Below are positions 1 through 14,248 of a stretch of 64,000 nt of DNA, in pieces (the stretch's first letter is position 1; each line of letters starts with the position of its first letter). The DNA is taken from the NCBI RefSeq assembly GCF_009914755.1, contig NC_060941.1; one strand, written 5' to 3'. Source of the DNA: the human T2T-CHM13v2.0 reference genome, Homo sapiens. The position numbers and the translations under genes are program-made. The notes under the pieces are model-generated. The model did not search any database, was not told where the DNA came from, and saw only the letters and a program-made list of their open reading frames with translations.

Positions 1-1479
1 TCTGTGGCTCAATGTAATATAAGGGAGAGACCAGCATGGTCTGCAGACCTCAGAAAACAACATTACATCATCATGATACAAGAAAGTGAGATGATGGTGT
101 GATTTTTCAAACTCAGTTCCAAGGAATAAACATCAAAGAATTATGCAGGTTATTAAGTCCCATCAAGGAAAAGCATCCTTCACTAGCTCCCTGCCAGCTC
201 ATCCCCTTTTACTTACCTAAAATGCATGTTCCATAAAATTACTATCGGGAGAACTAGGAGAAGCAAAGCTGCAAACTCTCCATTAAGCCCCAGTTTCTGA
301 GAGCGTATCCATAAGCAATTCTATTAAGGATATCAGAGGCCCTCAACGTGTACTGGAGAGTCAGCACTTGAAAACCAACATCTAAGCAAGGTTCTTCCAG
401 ATTCTCAGCTTGAGCAATAACAAGAATAGCTACAAGCAGCTGAGCAAAGTCTAGCATCATTGGGAAAAACCTACACAGCAAATAAGAAAACGTAAAGCAA
501 GCTTGTTCTCATTAATTAGTCATAGCCAAATAAAGAGTAGAGGTTTCTAAAATATGAGTTGGGTTGAAATCTTAATTCAATGATTCTCATTGTACCTAAG
601 GTAATAAATTTACCTTGGAGTACAGCTTAATCCACATCCTATTAATTATGATACATAATTTTGAAATTGCCATTACTTTTTAATCCTTGCCCTGGGTTAT
701 TTAGGGAAATTTTGAATTGCCAAGTAGGCTTAATTTTTATATTTGTACACTTGTGTCAAAACTTTCAAGTTTTATTGCATTTTTTGCTGGCATAATTTCT
801 TAGTTTAGGATTTTATTGAAATTTTTATAACTACTAATATGAATACGTGTAAATGTTTTATTATATGTAGTCTCTTTCAAGAATTAGTTTATGTTGCTTC
901 TTGACCATGGTAACAATGATTATTTAAATCCTACGTATTTTTTACTGCTTACAAGATCCATCACCATTTCTTTTATGCAGTGTTTTTATAGTATTGAATT
1001 CTTAGCTATATTTCTAGTGAGGAGGAAGTTTTCAGATAATTTTTTTTCACAATTGACATATATGGGCGCATTTTCTGAGTCCCAAAGTGTATCTAGGAAT
1101 GTCTCTGTTACATTTGCACATTGAACAATACTGACTTAATATAAAATACTTGCATCATATTCTTTCCAGCAAAATTATATTGAAATTGTTTCCTTTTTCA
1201 GGCATTTATTTTTGTGGTGAAAAAAAGTATATTTTTTTCTTTATCTTCAAATTCAGTTATTTTTATTGTTTTTCTGAAGTTAATTTTTCTTTTATTTAAA
1301 TATCTAAGTCCTTCTCCTATTAAAAGAAAATTATGTTTTAAGTTCTTTCATTATTGCTTCTCTTTGCCCTCTTGGTTTTTCCACCTGGAAATACTTTTTT
1401 TGTGTGTATATGAGGTCTCCTGATTTTCTCTTCAGGCAATCCCTTTTTCATATATATGTATATGTGTGTGTGTGTGTAT

Positions 1480-2893
1480 TTAAACTAATAGACTTTTCTT
1501 TTCATTTTTAGCCATTTTAGATTTACAGGAAAAAAAGGAGTGAAAAGGGCGGAGAGTTCCCCTATGTCCCCCTTTTCCCCCTTTCAATTTTCCCTAATAT
1601 TAACATCTGGTGTTAGTATGGCACATTTGTTACAATCAATAAAGCAATATCAATACATTAATATTATCAACTAAAGTTTATAGTTTACCTTAGGGTTCAC
1701 TCTGTGTTATATTTTCTATGAGTCTTAAATGTATAAGGACATATCCATCATTACAGTAACCTACAGAATAAGAGTTTCAATGTCTTAAAAATTCTCTGTG
1801 CTGTATTTCTTCTTTCCTCTCTTCTACCTCAAACCCCAAGCAACCACTGATCTTCTTACTGTCTCCATAATTTTACTTTTTCTAGAATGTCATATACTTG
1901 GTATCAGGTTGGTGACTTTGTAAGGTTCACTTCTTTCACTTAGCAATATGGATTTATTTCCTCTATGTCTTTTCATAGCTTGATTAATTATGTCTTTTTA
2001 TTGCTCAATGGTATTCCATTTTATGGATATATCACAGTTTGTTTATCCATTCATCTATTTAAGGACATCTTGGTTGCTCCCAAATAACGGCAATTGTGGA
2101 TAAAGTCGCTGTAAACATTTGTGTACAGGTTTTTGTGTGGATGTAAGTTTTTAACACATTTGGGTAAATATTAAGGAGCATGATTGCTGGATCATATGGT
2201 AAAATGTATGTTTAGTTTTGTTGGAAACTGTCAAATTTTCTTCCAAAGTGATTGTACCATTTTGGCTTTCCCACCAGCAACGAATGAGAGCTCCTGTTGC
2301 TCCACATTCTCACCAGCATTTGGTGTTGTCAGTGTTTTGGATTTGGTCATTCTAATAGATGTGTAGTGGTGTTGCATTGTTGTTTCAATGTGCAATTCCA
2401 CAGTGACATATAGTGTGGATCTTTTTATATGCTCATTTACCATCTGTATATTTTCTTAGGTGAGGTGTTTGTTCAAATCTTTTGTCCACTTTTTAAATCG
2501 GATTGTTTTCTGATTGTTGAGTTTGAAGAGCTCTTTATATATATTCAATACCAGTCTTTGTCTGATTTGTGTTTTGCAAAGATTTTTTCCTGTTGTGTGG
2601 CTTATCTTTCCATCCTTTTAACTGTCTTTTGCAGGGAAGAAGCTTTTAATTTTAATGAGGTCCAACTTATCTTTTGTTTTCTTTTATGAATCATGTTTCC
2701 GGTGTTGTATCTAAAAAGTCATTCTGAAACTTAAGGTCACCTGCATTTTCTCCTGTTTTATTCTCAGAGTTTTATAGTTTTGTATTCTACACTTAAGTCT
2801 ATGATCCCTTTTGAGTCAATTTTTGTGAAAAGTGTAAGATCTGTGTCTAGATTCACTTTTTTGCATGTGGATGTCCAGTTGTTCTAGCACCAT
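1480..2893 (-). mobile_element. Old L1 (L1MC-like) 3' end and ORF2 C-terminal remnant
   Basis: ORF 2231..2443(-) ...HIETTMQHHYTSIRM...KMVQSLWKKI resembles L1 ORF2 QIKTTMRYHLTPVRM...KLVQPLWKSV; L1M 3'UTR-like sequence. Confidence 0.85.
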
Positions 2894-3805
2894 TTCTTAT
2901 ATTTTTAGAATAATTTTCTCCAGTTATCCTGTCTCTCAGATCTGAAAGAACTTGTTGAACTTTTCCTCCCAGTCACTGATTTGACTTTCTATATTCTCTA
3001 GTTCTATGTTCCCTGATTCTATTGACATTTTATTGATAGCTTCTAATTCATTATTAGCTTTTTACCTGATTGTTTCCTTAGCTCAGATTGTTTTGATGAA
3101 TAAGCAATGACCTCTCCAATATGTTTCGAAAATATGAACAAAAGGGTTTTGAATTTAAACATTTATACATAAATTAAATGGACATTAATTCTGGTGAAAT
3201 AGTCTGTTTACCTCTGTTGTTCTGCCACACATATTAATAGTAAAATATATGATATTTAATGTTCAAAGGTATTCCAGTTTGGAGAAGAAATTATATAATC
3301 AATCTCTATAAAATGATAAAACTGAATTATTTTTCTGTATGGTTCAGCTGGGCCTTGTTCTTATATGTGTCCCTACAAAGTTTTTATAGATAAAAGAAAT
3401 TGATAATTATTCTTTGTTGTTTTTCTCTGTGCCCTACACACACAGCTCAATTCATTACAAACATGCTGTTTATTTAACCCTCACGACAACTCTACAAGTG
3501 AGAATTATCATTATCCCCATTTCACTGATGCAAAAACTGATGCCCAGAGTTTGAGAATGAGGTTAGGGGAGAGTTCTGTGCTTTTCCTCTTTCATTACTA
3601 TGCATGAGCCTGGAGGTAGGAAAGCGTTGTTTCTTTCTCTTTGCTTCTTTGTTTTATTGGGTGGGTGGGATGGGGGCTGGGGGTCAAAGGGAAAGGCCTT
3701 TGGCCCACGCCGGCATCTGGCTCCCCATCTGTGGAATATCTGGGGTGGCAGTGGGGTAGATAATGAGTGACAGCAGAGGCGGATTCCTCTTTTTAAGAGG
3801 CTGAG

Positions 3806-4081
3806 GGCCAGGCGCAGTGGTTCATGCCTATAATCCCAGCATTTTGGGATGCCAAGGCGGGTGGATTGCTTGAGCCCTGGAGTTTGAGACTAGCCTGGGC
3901 ATATGGTGAAACCCTGTCTCTACAAAAAATTAAAAAAAAAAAAATAGGCAGGCATGATGGCACACACCTGTGGTCTCAGCTACCTGGGAGGCTGAGGCGG
4001 GAGGATCACTTAGCCTGGGAAGTCAAGTCTGCAGTGAGCCATGATTGTGCCATTGCACTCCAGCCTGGGGAACAGAGAGAG

Positions 4082-4168
<87 letters not shown>
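3806..4168 (+). mobile_element. AluJ with microsatellite in place of the A tail
   Basis: GGCCAGGCGCAGTGG start, dimeric body, TSD AAGAGGCTGAG at 3795-3805 and 4169-4179. Confidence 0.92.
4084..4166. repeat. Compound microsatellite (CT)~23(AC)~18
   Basis: Directly visible, uninterrupted. Confidence 0.98.
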
Positions 4169-4171
<3 letters not shown>

Positions 4172-4777
4172 AGGCTGAGGGTGACTCCTTCTGTAGACAG
4201 AGCAGCCAAGCTAGAGACCTACCAGCCTAGTGAAGCTACCTACAAAGCCTACTCATTAGCTGAAATCCTGACTTTGAGAGCTGCCGACATTTTTAGGACT
4301 ATGACATGGTGCAGGAAAAACGCAAAGCCCAAAGCCTCGACCAAGCTGGAGAGATGGAACACACTGGACACACTGATCTCCCGGACTTGTTAAACACTCA
4401 ATAGACTGAGAGACTGGATACAATGGCCACACCCCAGATACACGAACGTAACCAGAGATTGGCCCAGCCCATGCTTATTTTAGACCCAGTGATGAGCAAA
4501 ATTAACTAAGCCCTGAACACACGGAATCTCCCAAACACACAACAGGCCTGACGCAGGATCTACTTCGTATACTCAGAGCAGTGTTGACACACCACCATCT
4601 CAGACCCGCTAGCCATCTAGTTCATGTTGACAACCCGAGACCCACAGACTGCTTCCCGGCACCATAAGAGATCTTGCCCACTGGAGCTAGAGTGGGGAAG
4701 ATTGGGAAGGAGGCCAATTTGAGATGACCTGGAGTCTCCAGCACCGTACCTTTGTCCTTTTTCCAGCCATATAAAAC

Positions 4778-4938
4778 CCTGCTACTAAAAGTGTGGTCCA
4801 CGGACCGGGAGACTTGATATCACCCAGATGTTTGTTAGAAATGCAAAAACTTAGCCCCACCTCTGACCTACTGAGTTAAAATCTGCATTTAATACGTTCC
4901 CCAAGGACTCATACGCACCTTAAAGAATGAGCAACACT
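4778..4938. mobile_element. MER5-family hAT DNA transposon
   Basis: aagtgtggtcc...gttagaaatgca...acctactgagt.aaaatctgcattt signature. Confidence 0.7.
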
Positions 4939-6126
4939 AATACAAATTCTTAAATATGCTACCGGAAGTTTGAGCTGGGCATGATTTTTATAGGATTGTG
5001 CAGGATTGTAGCCAAAGAACAGGCAAACATCCATTGTCTGTGTAAAAACATGCTTGTTAACGTATAAATGTCATTATGAACAGGTACTCTCAACAAGTAG
5101 GGAGTGATAATTTATAGGTAGTGGTTTGAAAGCTTTATTTTCTTAATCTTTCAAAATACAAACTATTATATTATATATAAAAGATTGGGATATCTACATA
5201 CTCCTTTGAACCTAATCCAGTGCCAACCAGAATTTATAAAAAGCCATATATGCTGCTGAGTTAGTTACAGGGATAAACGTTTGGCAGAATCTGCCTAGTC
5301 TCCCTCAAAATCTGGTATAATCACAGCCAGGTACTCACTTCTTTCTCGCTGGAGCTAATTGTAATTCCTGAGAAGATCAAGATTGTTAATTATGTTTACA
5401 ATAAAATATATGAAAAACAAATGAAATATGCTACAATTTTATAAACAATTCCTAGAAGCTGCTAGAATGGCTTAGGTTTCCAGGTGTGTCTCATTTCTCG
5501 CAGCTACCCATCTCCATGAGGACACTTCTATGCCAATTGCTTAATCTGGTCCCCTTATTTTGAACTATTGACTGCGTGAGTGCTGATTTGTCTTGTTTGC
5601 TCCTCCTATCACAGGGATAATCTGTGTTTGTCCGGCATTGAAAGTTGAGATGGGTTCTGCCGAGATTGTTTGCATTCCCTTTCAAACTGTTCAGATCCAG
5701 ATGAAGGGAAAAGGGAAGAGTTTATATTTGTGTCCTTTTTCTTTGCCTGATTAGAATTCCAACTGCCTCTAAGGCCTAGGATGTGAGCAGTGATCTCCCC
5801 TTCCCCCTACAACATACACACATTAAGGCAACAGCCAGGTGACTCTGGGCTGTTGGTCTCAGAGAAGTGATGTATTAGCAAAAAAGAAAGAAAAAAGGCA
5901 TCTCTTTCTAGGTATTGGGCTTCTAATGCCTATATTCCCCAAACATAGATTTTGGAGAAAATGTCCTTCCTTGTGATTAGAGAAGCAATGAGATTTTAGG
6001 TGAGGGATGGCAATTCCCACCCCCAAGGCTCCAACTCTCAACTTTCCTGCAACAACCACCACCAGCAAGAAAAGGAGGCCATTCTCTTGGCACAAGGTCC
6101 TTCTGCTCACCAACCAGCCTGCATAG

Positions 6127-6657
<531 letters not shown>

Positions 6658-7952
6658 TAGGCCAAGGGAAGTAAGGAGAGGAGGTAGATTTATATGACAT
6701 GATCTGCATTCCCCACACAGATTCCTGGGAAGCCATGAAGATCCTTCAGAAGCAACTCTATGGGGCACTTCTAGGCAAAAGGGGCCTCCACCTTGTGCAG
6801 TTTCCTGTGCCCAAGAAGGGAGCAGGAGTAGCAAAGAAACCACTGCATCTGAGGGGCCTTACAGAAGGACAGAGGGACAACTCAGCAGGGACCTTTAAGG
6901 TCATGGAGGAAACATGAAGAGAATAGCTGGCGGGGGGTGATCAGGGGGAAGAGAATCATAACCCACATCCATATAATCAGCACATATTGCCCCCTGACCT
7001 GACTTCCACTCCACTCTCCTGACAAATGCACATCTTCCTATTATCTAAGTTCACCCGGACTGACAGGGACAGAGACCAATGGAAAGGGAAGCGGACCTGG
7101 AGTTGACTAAGTTTGTTTCCTCCAACATGGTAGACTAGAAGCTTGGAACAGAATATAAGCTGTCACAGGGGGAAATAAGACACTTTTCTCGCTTCCTTGC
7201 ATCTCTAGCCTGAGAATCGTACCTATTAACACTTCCTTCTGCCCTGGTTGTGCCACTGTTTATTTTTGAGAAAGAGATTTCTAATACCACTTAACATCAC
7301 ACTGTAAATCAGCACTATGTTCTTTTTTTTCCTTTGCTTAACTTGGCAAATGATGCGTTCATTTGAAAAAGGGTTATTTTCTTTTGGTTTATTTCTTGTT
7401 TATTTCTTTATTTTTAGTGGCATGATTCTCACAATCAGGCTTTAAGGAGTTCATAAGCAAATTCAAATTTTTCTGATAATAGTGGAGATACCACTAAGGC
7501 TTACATTTTCAGCAGATAAAGTTTTCTAATAGGACAAATATTCTATAACTCCTTGGTAAAACAATAATCAATATTTAGTGCTGATTATTCTTTCAGTGCT
7601 TAAAATACCTTAAGTGATCTAAACTCGATGTGTTTGCTTTCCCACTTTTAAGGAACACATTGTTTTGGGGTCCAAATGAGAAGATAAGGTGAAACTGTAT
7701 GAAAAAATGTTTGAAACAAAATAAGATATCTTGATCCACCCTTTTTAAAAGCAGCAGCCCAGTGAATAAATACAGGCATGGTAAATAAAGATCTCTGGTT
7801 ATCTTCTCTATGAAGCAATGGCCAGGAGAGATGAATGAAAAAAAAAATTGAGGCAGTAATTTTCCTATTTGACTCCCTTTCTAGACTCTCTTTGGCTCAC
7901 CAGTATTTACACCAAAATTTCCCTAGTTATTACTTGAAGAGGATGGTGATGA

Positions 7953-8301
<349 letters not shown>

Positions 8302-8309
8302 TTACATAG

Positions 8310-8640
8310 AAAGCTTTCAGACCATGATGCTGATCTGACGCTCATGAAAAAGGGAGGGAAAGAAGCAGGATTTAGCAGGGAGAGCCTCTGATTTTGATGC
8401 TGGGCTGTCAAAGTTTAGGCTAGTCTGATTGGGAGCCTCAGACCAAAGATGACCCATTAGAGGAGCCTCACATTGGGCAGAAATGGCCAGGCCCTAGGAT
8501 TTGTGTCATGCTCAGTCACTGACTGGTGCCTTTCTTCAAAGAGCATGGCCTCAGCTCAAAAGCTGAATTGGATCCAAAGGTGCGGGAGCTGGAGGCTATT
8601 AGCTGACTGCACTCCTTGCAGATGAAGCAGAGGCGGGTTC
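8310..8640. mobile_element. LTR16-like ERVL LTR fragment
   Basis: gaagcaggattt...gagagcctc...cacattgggcagaaatggccaggcc...gctggaggct resembles LTR16 family. Confidence 0.5.
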
Positions 8641-8759
8641 TCCCACGAAGAACTGAGCAGCACGCTTCACTGTGCTTCAGTGACTGAAGTAAGCACAGTT
8701 ACTAAGAGGTATAACCTTTTAGAAATTAATTAGAAAGAGTCACTGAGAAAGTAATTGGC

Positions 8760-9060
8760 GGTGGGGGGGATTGGGAAGATGTTGGTCAAAGGATACAACA
8801 TTTCAGTTAGACAGGAGGAATAAGTTTAAAGATCTACTATACAATATGGTGACTGCAATGAATAACCATGCATTGTGTGCTTGAAAATTGCTAAAAGAGT
8901 AGATTTTAAGTGTTCTCACCACAAATATAAATACGTGAGCTAATGCATACATTAGTTAGCTTGGTTTAGCCATTCCACAATGTATGTATGTTTCAAAACA
9001 TCATGCTGTAGTGTACACCATAAATATATACAATTTTATTTGTCAGCTTAAAAAATAAGA
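8760..9060 (+). mobile_element. L1MA 3' end
   Basis: ggtcaaaggatacaa.atttcagttagacaggaggaataag...aaaattgctaa.agagtagattttaagtgttctcaccac. Confidence 0.85.
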
Positions 9061-9067
9061 AATAAAG

Positions 9068-9372
<305 letters not shown>

Positions 9373-10365
9373 GAAATTAATTGACCTCTTTAAAAATATA
9401 TAACTCTTTTGTTTCTGAGTTGGAAGGCATCTCTGAGTTCACAGAGACCCCAAACCAAACAGGAACACATGTTGACATTTATCCACAGTGTTCCTTGATC
9501 TCAGGCTCTGTGACTTTTTCTATTCCGCACACACCATCCAGGAGAATCACATTTCCAAATGGCTACCCAGAGCCTCACCCCCTTGGTACCCCTACCGCAC
9601 CTCATGCACTCTGTAGGTCAAACCACCCTGAGAAGCAGCTGCTCAGTCTTCCTATCTTCCCCAGCATCCTTGCTTCCCATCTGTTTTCTATTTCTTTGAT
9701 AGATGGATGACTACTTAGGCTGAAACGCTAAATGACACCCACTGATAAGAGCTAAATGATCACCTGATTTGTGTCTACAGAATTTAACCCAAATAAATGG
9801 CTGGTTAGTAGGGGAATTTAAAAAAAAAAACACACATCTGTACAGGCCAAGGTTGGTGAAATTTGGGGCAAAGAGATATGCGTTTACCCTTTATACTGAG
9901 AAAACATCACCTCACAGTATAAATAATGTCCAGGCGCAGCTTTTACTCTCAAAAGGCACTCATTTGCTGACTATTGACCTCAGCCAATGTGTAACTCATA
10001 TTTATCAGCCGATCAGGAAATTTTCATACTCTGGTTAACTTTGTCTTTCTATACTTTGATTTTCTACTCTAGACAAAGAAGCAGTAACAGTAATAAAATA
10101 ACAGTGACCAAGTACCTGCTAGATCCAAAGAGTGGTATTTGTTGGTACTTTAATTATACCATAGGTTTAATTTAGTTGTTCTATAAATTACATTCTGTAA
10201 TTATATTTTACAGACGAAGCTCAGAAAAGTTAAGTGGCCCAAAATCAATTAACTAGCAAATAGTAATGGTAGAGCCTGATTCAGTTTATGTCTACCTGAC
10301 TCCCTAATCTTTTGCTTAATTCTTTCTCATCCCACAATTTACAATAAGATGTCAGGGTCTAAGGC

Positions 10366-10444
10366 TTTTTTTTTTTAATTTTATTATTATTATACTTTAA
10401 GTTTTAGGGTACATGTGCACAACGTGCAGGTTTGTTACATATGT
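10366..10444 (-). mobile_element. Very short L1PA 3' end
   Basis: poly(T)-attatactttaagttttagggtacatgtgcacaacgtgcaggtttgttacatatgt. Confidence 0.9.
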
Positions 10445-12170
10445 TGAACTCCACATCTGCTGGCATTAGTACCACCTAATAGTTGTCATGGGAGAGTGTA
10501 GGGATTATAAAGAAAATAAGATTGGTCATGAGTTGATAATTGCTGAAGCAATTATGCCTGCCTGTTGCACCTACTCAAATTAGGACAGTGAGCAGGGGGT
10601 CATTATACTAATCTCTCTGCCTCTGTATTTGAAATTTTCCATAATAAACAGAGGCTGGTGGAAAGTTTTATATGTTCCATAAAGACATTCAATAGTTACA
10701 GATGGCTCAGCACCTAGCCAGGACATTAGGAAGTTCCCGCCTCAACCCAGTTGGCCCACAAACACAAACACACACACAGAGTTACACAGTTTGAGACACC
10801 TTGTAACATAAACAATGCAGATATCAATTTGTCATGAAGATGCAAAACAGAACTCTACAGATTTCAGCATTTCCAACATGTCAGCATGTGTGAATCACAG
10901 CATTCAGCTCCATTCACTGTCTTATGTTCCTTTTCATTTGCTCAAGCCCAGCCAAGCCAAACCAGGGATCACCAGTGGGGAGAACTGCAAATGTTTGCAA
11001 ACGGTGAGCAAATTAGGAGAAAATCCTAGATTTACAGAGACATGAATTATTTTTTGCAGATATAAATAAAAATTGTTCTCAGCTTAGGTTCTGTCAACAC
11101 CTCAGTGCTCCGTGCAAATTCATCCAAAGATAAATGAGTTAGTGTTACTCATACCTGAGGAGCTCCAAAAACCACCTGAAGGGGCACACGCTGTACTTTG
11201 CTCAGTTTGTTTGCAAAACTCAGCCCTTGGAATACAAAGCTACCACAAAATATGTGGCCAACTCTGAAATATGTGTGTGTTTTCAGGCAGCCATAGGGCA
11301 AAACAGCCGTTTGCTTTTTTGATCCATGCCTCAGATCTTGGCAGTGGTTATTCCAGGAATCCCACACTTTTTTCCTCCACCCGCTCCAGTTTTTAATCAA
11401 GTAAGACATGCTGATGGTGTAACATTTGTAAAAATACAATAAAAAAGATTTAAAATTGCCTTATTTCTACTATGTAGAGGTAACTACTGTGAATTTTAAA
11501 TAGATGCTTCTAGATTTTAATGCATATATAAACTCTTCAAAATCAAAATAGAATCATACTGTATATAACTTGCCTTGTTTATTCAAATATAGCCCATGTA
11601 CATTTTAATGCCTATAAACAACATCTATAAAAATATTTACAACGTTTCCACATATGGATATAAAACAATTTATTCAATCAAAACATATGGTGTTATTGAA
11701 TATTTACTAAGAATGATTATTGAACATTTAGGTTGTTTTTCAAATTTTTGCTTCTGAAACTGAGCTTGGATGAATATTTTTATAGATAATTATTTCTACA
11801 AATCTATTATTATTTCCTTAGGATAAATTTTACAAGTAGAATGCAAGAAGATGAACATTTTGAGACCTCTAATACAAACGACCTTTCAGAAAGAGTATAC
11901 AGATTTACACACCTCATCATCCTGCACCCTAACTGTGCTGAGTGATTATTTCCATCTTTGCTGATTCAACAGGTAGAAGACTATATCATTTTATTGGAAT
12001 TTGTATTTCTCTTATTACTAATGATATTTAAGTTTTTATTGTGTTTATTGAAAGTATAACTACATTTCTGTTCATGTAATGTTGTGTGTTTATTATTTAT
12101 CTCTAAGACTGTTTACATTTTAATGGTGGTATCCATTTGTCATATAGGATACAATTTCTTTCCTCAATTC

Positions 12171-12299
12171 TTTTTTTTTTTTAAGAGACAGGGTCTCACT
12201 ATTTCGCCCAGGCTTTCTCAAACCCCTGGGCTCAAGTGGTCCTGCCTCCTCAGCCTCCCCTGTAGCTGGGACTGCAGGCACACACCACCATGCCCAGCT
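12171..12299 (-). mobile_element. FLAM (Alu monomer)
   Basis: Monomer length; TSD-like ctttcctca on both sides. Confidence 0.85.
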
Positions 12300-13009
12300 C
12301 TTTCCTCATTTTTTATTGCTTTTTAATTTGATTTGTTATTTGGGACATGGAATTTTTAGGTTAAAAAATGCATGCATTTTTATCTTCATGAATTCTCTCA
12401 CTTAAATCATGCTTAGACTGTCTTTCCAAAACCTATATTTTCTCCTATTAACTCTTTTAAAAATTTTAATGGACCTGAAATAAATTTTGGAGTAGGGCAT
12501 AAGGTATGGACATAACATTTTTCCTCCTAAGCAATGGTTCTGAGGTCCCTCCGTTGTTTTTCATATAAGCACTTTCTTCCATACTGATTTAACATGCCAG
12601 TAGTATATGCACCATGCTTATATATTTGTTGGTCTGTTCTTACACTTTTCATTCTGTTCCAATGATCTTGTTATCCATTCTTGGGCAAGTACCACCAAGC
12701 TATTTTAGCTATCGAAGCTTTGCAGTAAATTTAATATATTAGTGGAGAACCTTGGCTTATCCCATTTTATTTTCTAACTTTTCTTGGCTATACTTGTTTA
12801 TTTATTCTTCCCAGAAAACTCTGGAATCATTTTATTACTTACTGTGTCTGGGATCATGTCACAGCAACAGATTATATTGGAGAGAATTAACATCGTTACA
12901 ATATTACCTCTCCTAACACAGAAACATGGTATACCTTTCATTTTATTCAAATATTTTATGTTCCTGGAGCAGAGGTGCACTCACTGTATATTCCATGGCT
13001 CACCTACAT

Positions 13010-13335
13010 AGATGCCCTTGCATTGCAGTTACACTGGGGCTATGTGATTAGTTCTAACCAATGGGCTGTGAGTATAAAAGGCATTTGCCACTTATGGTCA
13101 GAAGGAATCAAGAGTGAGTCCCTCACACTATTCTCCAAGGTTGGTAACCACCGAGGCCACATATTAAGAATGGTGAAGCTGCAAAGTGAAAGCCTCTTGG
13201 ATCTTTGAGTTTCCACTTGAAGGATGGCAATCTTGAAGTCACTCAGCCTGCATCAGGCTTGAAGTGAGTGGGAAATAAACCTTTTGTTTGTGTTAAGACA
13301 TTGAGATTTGGGGACTTATTTGTTACCATAGAGTA
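13010..13335 (+). mobile_element. Old MLT1 (I/J-like) MaLR LTR
   Basis: ccaatgggctgtgag...gaaataaacc...gttaagacattgagatttgggg.cttatttgttac. Confidence 0.65.
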
Positions 13336-13732
13336 GTCCCTTAGTAAAAGTTGCAAATTGCTTATTCAGTTTATTTCCAAATATGGAGTTATTATTGTGA
13401 CAGGGAAATTTTTCAATAGTTCTAAGTAACTATTGCTAATATGAGAAGAGCACTTTTGAATATAGAAATGATATACCTCTGCACTTATTTCCTTCCATTT
13501 ATGGTAGAAATTCTGTGACAAATAAAGAATATGTCGATTCCTCAGATTGGTCCTCTTCTTTTGAAGTATTGAATTTTTTGTGTTTGCCTATCTTGCCTGC
13601 ATGGGGAAAAGGGGGAGGATCTAGGTTTATCACACTGGGAGTGTTGGAATAAGTTCCTTCAAAGATTAAGTCTTATCTTTCTAGCTCAGATGGAGGGATA
13701 GGGATATTTAAATAACATAGTGACATAGGCTT

Positions 13733-14248
13733 TGTGGTAGGCAGAATAACGGCCCCTCAAAGATGTCCACATCCTAATCCCAGGAACCAGTGAATGTGTT
13801 AGGCTAAATGGCAAAGGGGAATTAAGCTTGCAGATGGAATTAATACTGCTAATCATCCGACCTTAAAATAGAGAGATTATCCTGGATTATCCAGCTGGGC
13901 CCAGTGTAATCAGAAGGGTCCTTAAATGTAAAAGAAGAAGGCGAAAGATGAGTCAGTGTCAGGGTGATGCAGCAGGAGATGGATTTGATCAGCCATTACT
14001 GGCTTTGAAGAGGGAAGGGGCTGCAAGCCAAGGAATGCATGTGACAGCCTTCAAAACTGGAAAAGACAAGCAAATGAGTTCTTCCCTAGAGCCTCCAGAA
14101 GGAACAAAGCCCTGCCAATACCTTGATTTTTAGCTCAGTGAGACTCATTTAGGACTTCTGATCATCAGAACTGCAAGAAAATATATTTGTGTTGTTTCAA
14201 GCACCAAGTTTGTGGTGCTTGTTATAGGAGCAATAGGAACCAAATACT
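13733..14248 (+). mobile_element. MLT1D-like solo LTR interrupting a MIR
   Basis: TGTGGTAGGCAGAATAA.GGCCCC.CAAAGATGTCCAC start, gcaataggaa..aatac end, 5-bp TSD-like GGCTT/AGCTT. Confidence 0.85.

Noticed and set aside
3824-4393. Longest ORF in the track (189 aa)
   Set aside because: Built from Alu sequence plus the (CT)n(CA)n repeat (SLSL.../HTHT...); no domain similarity
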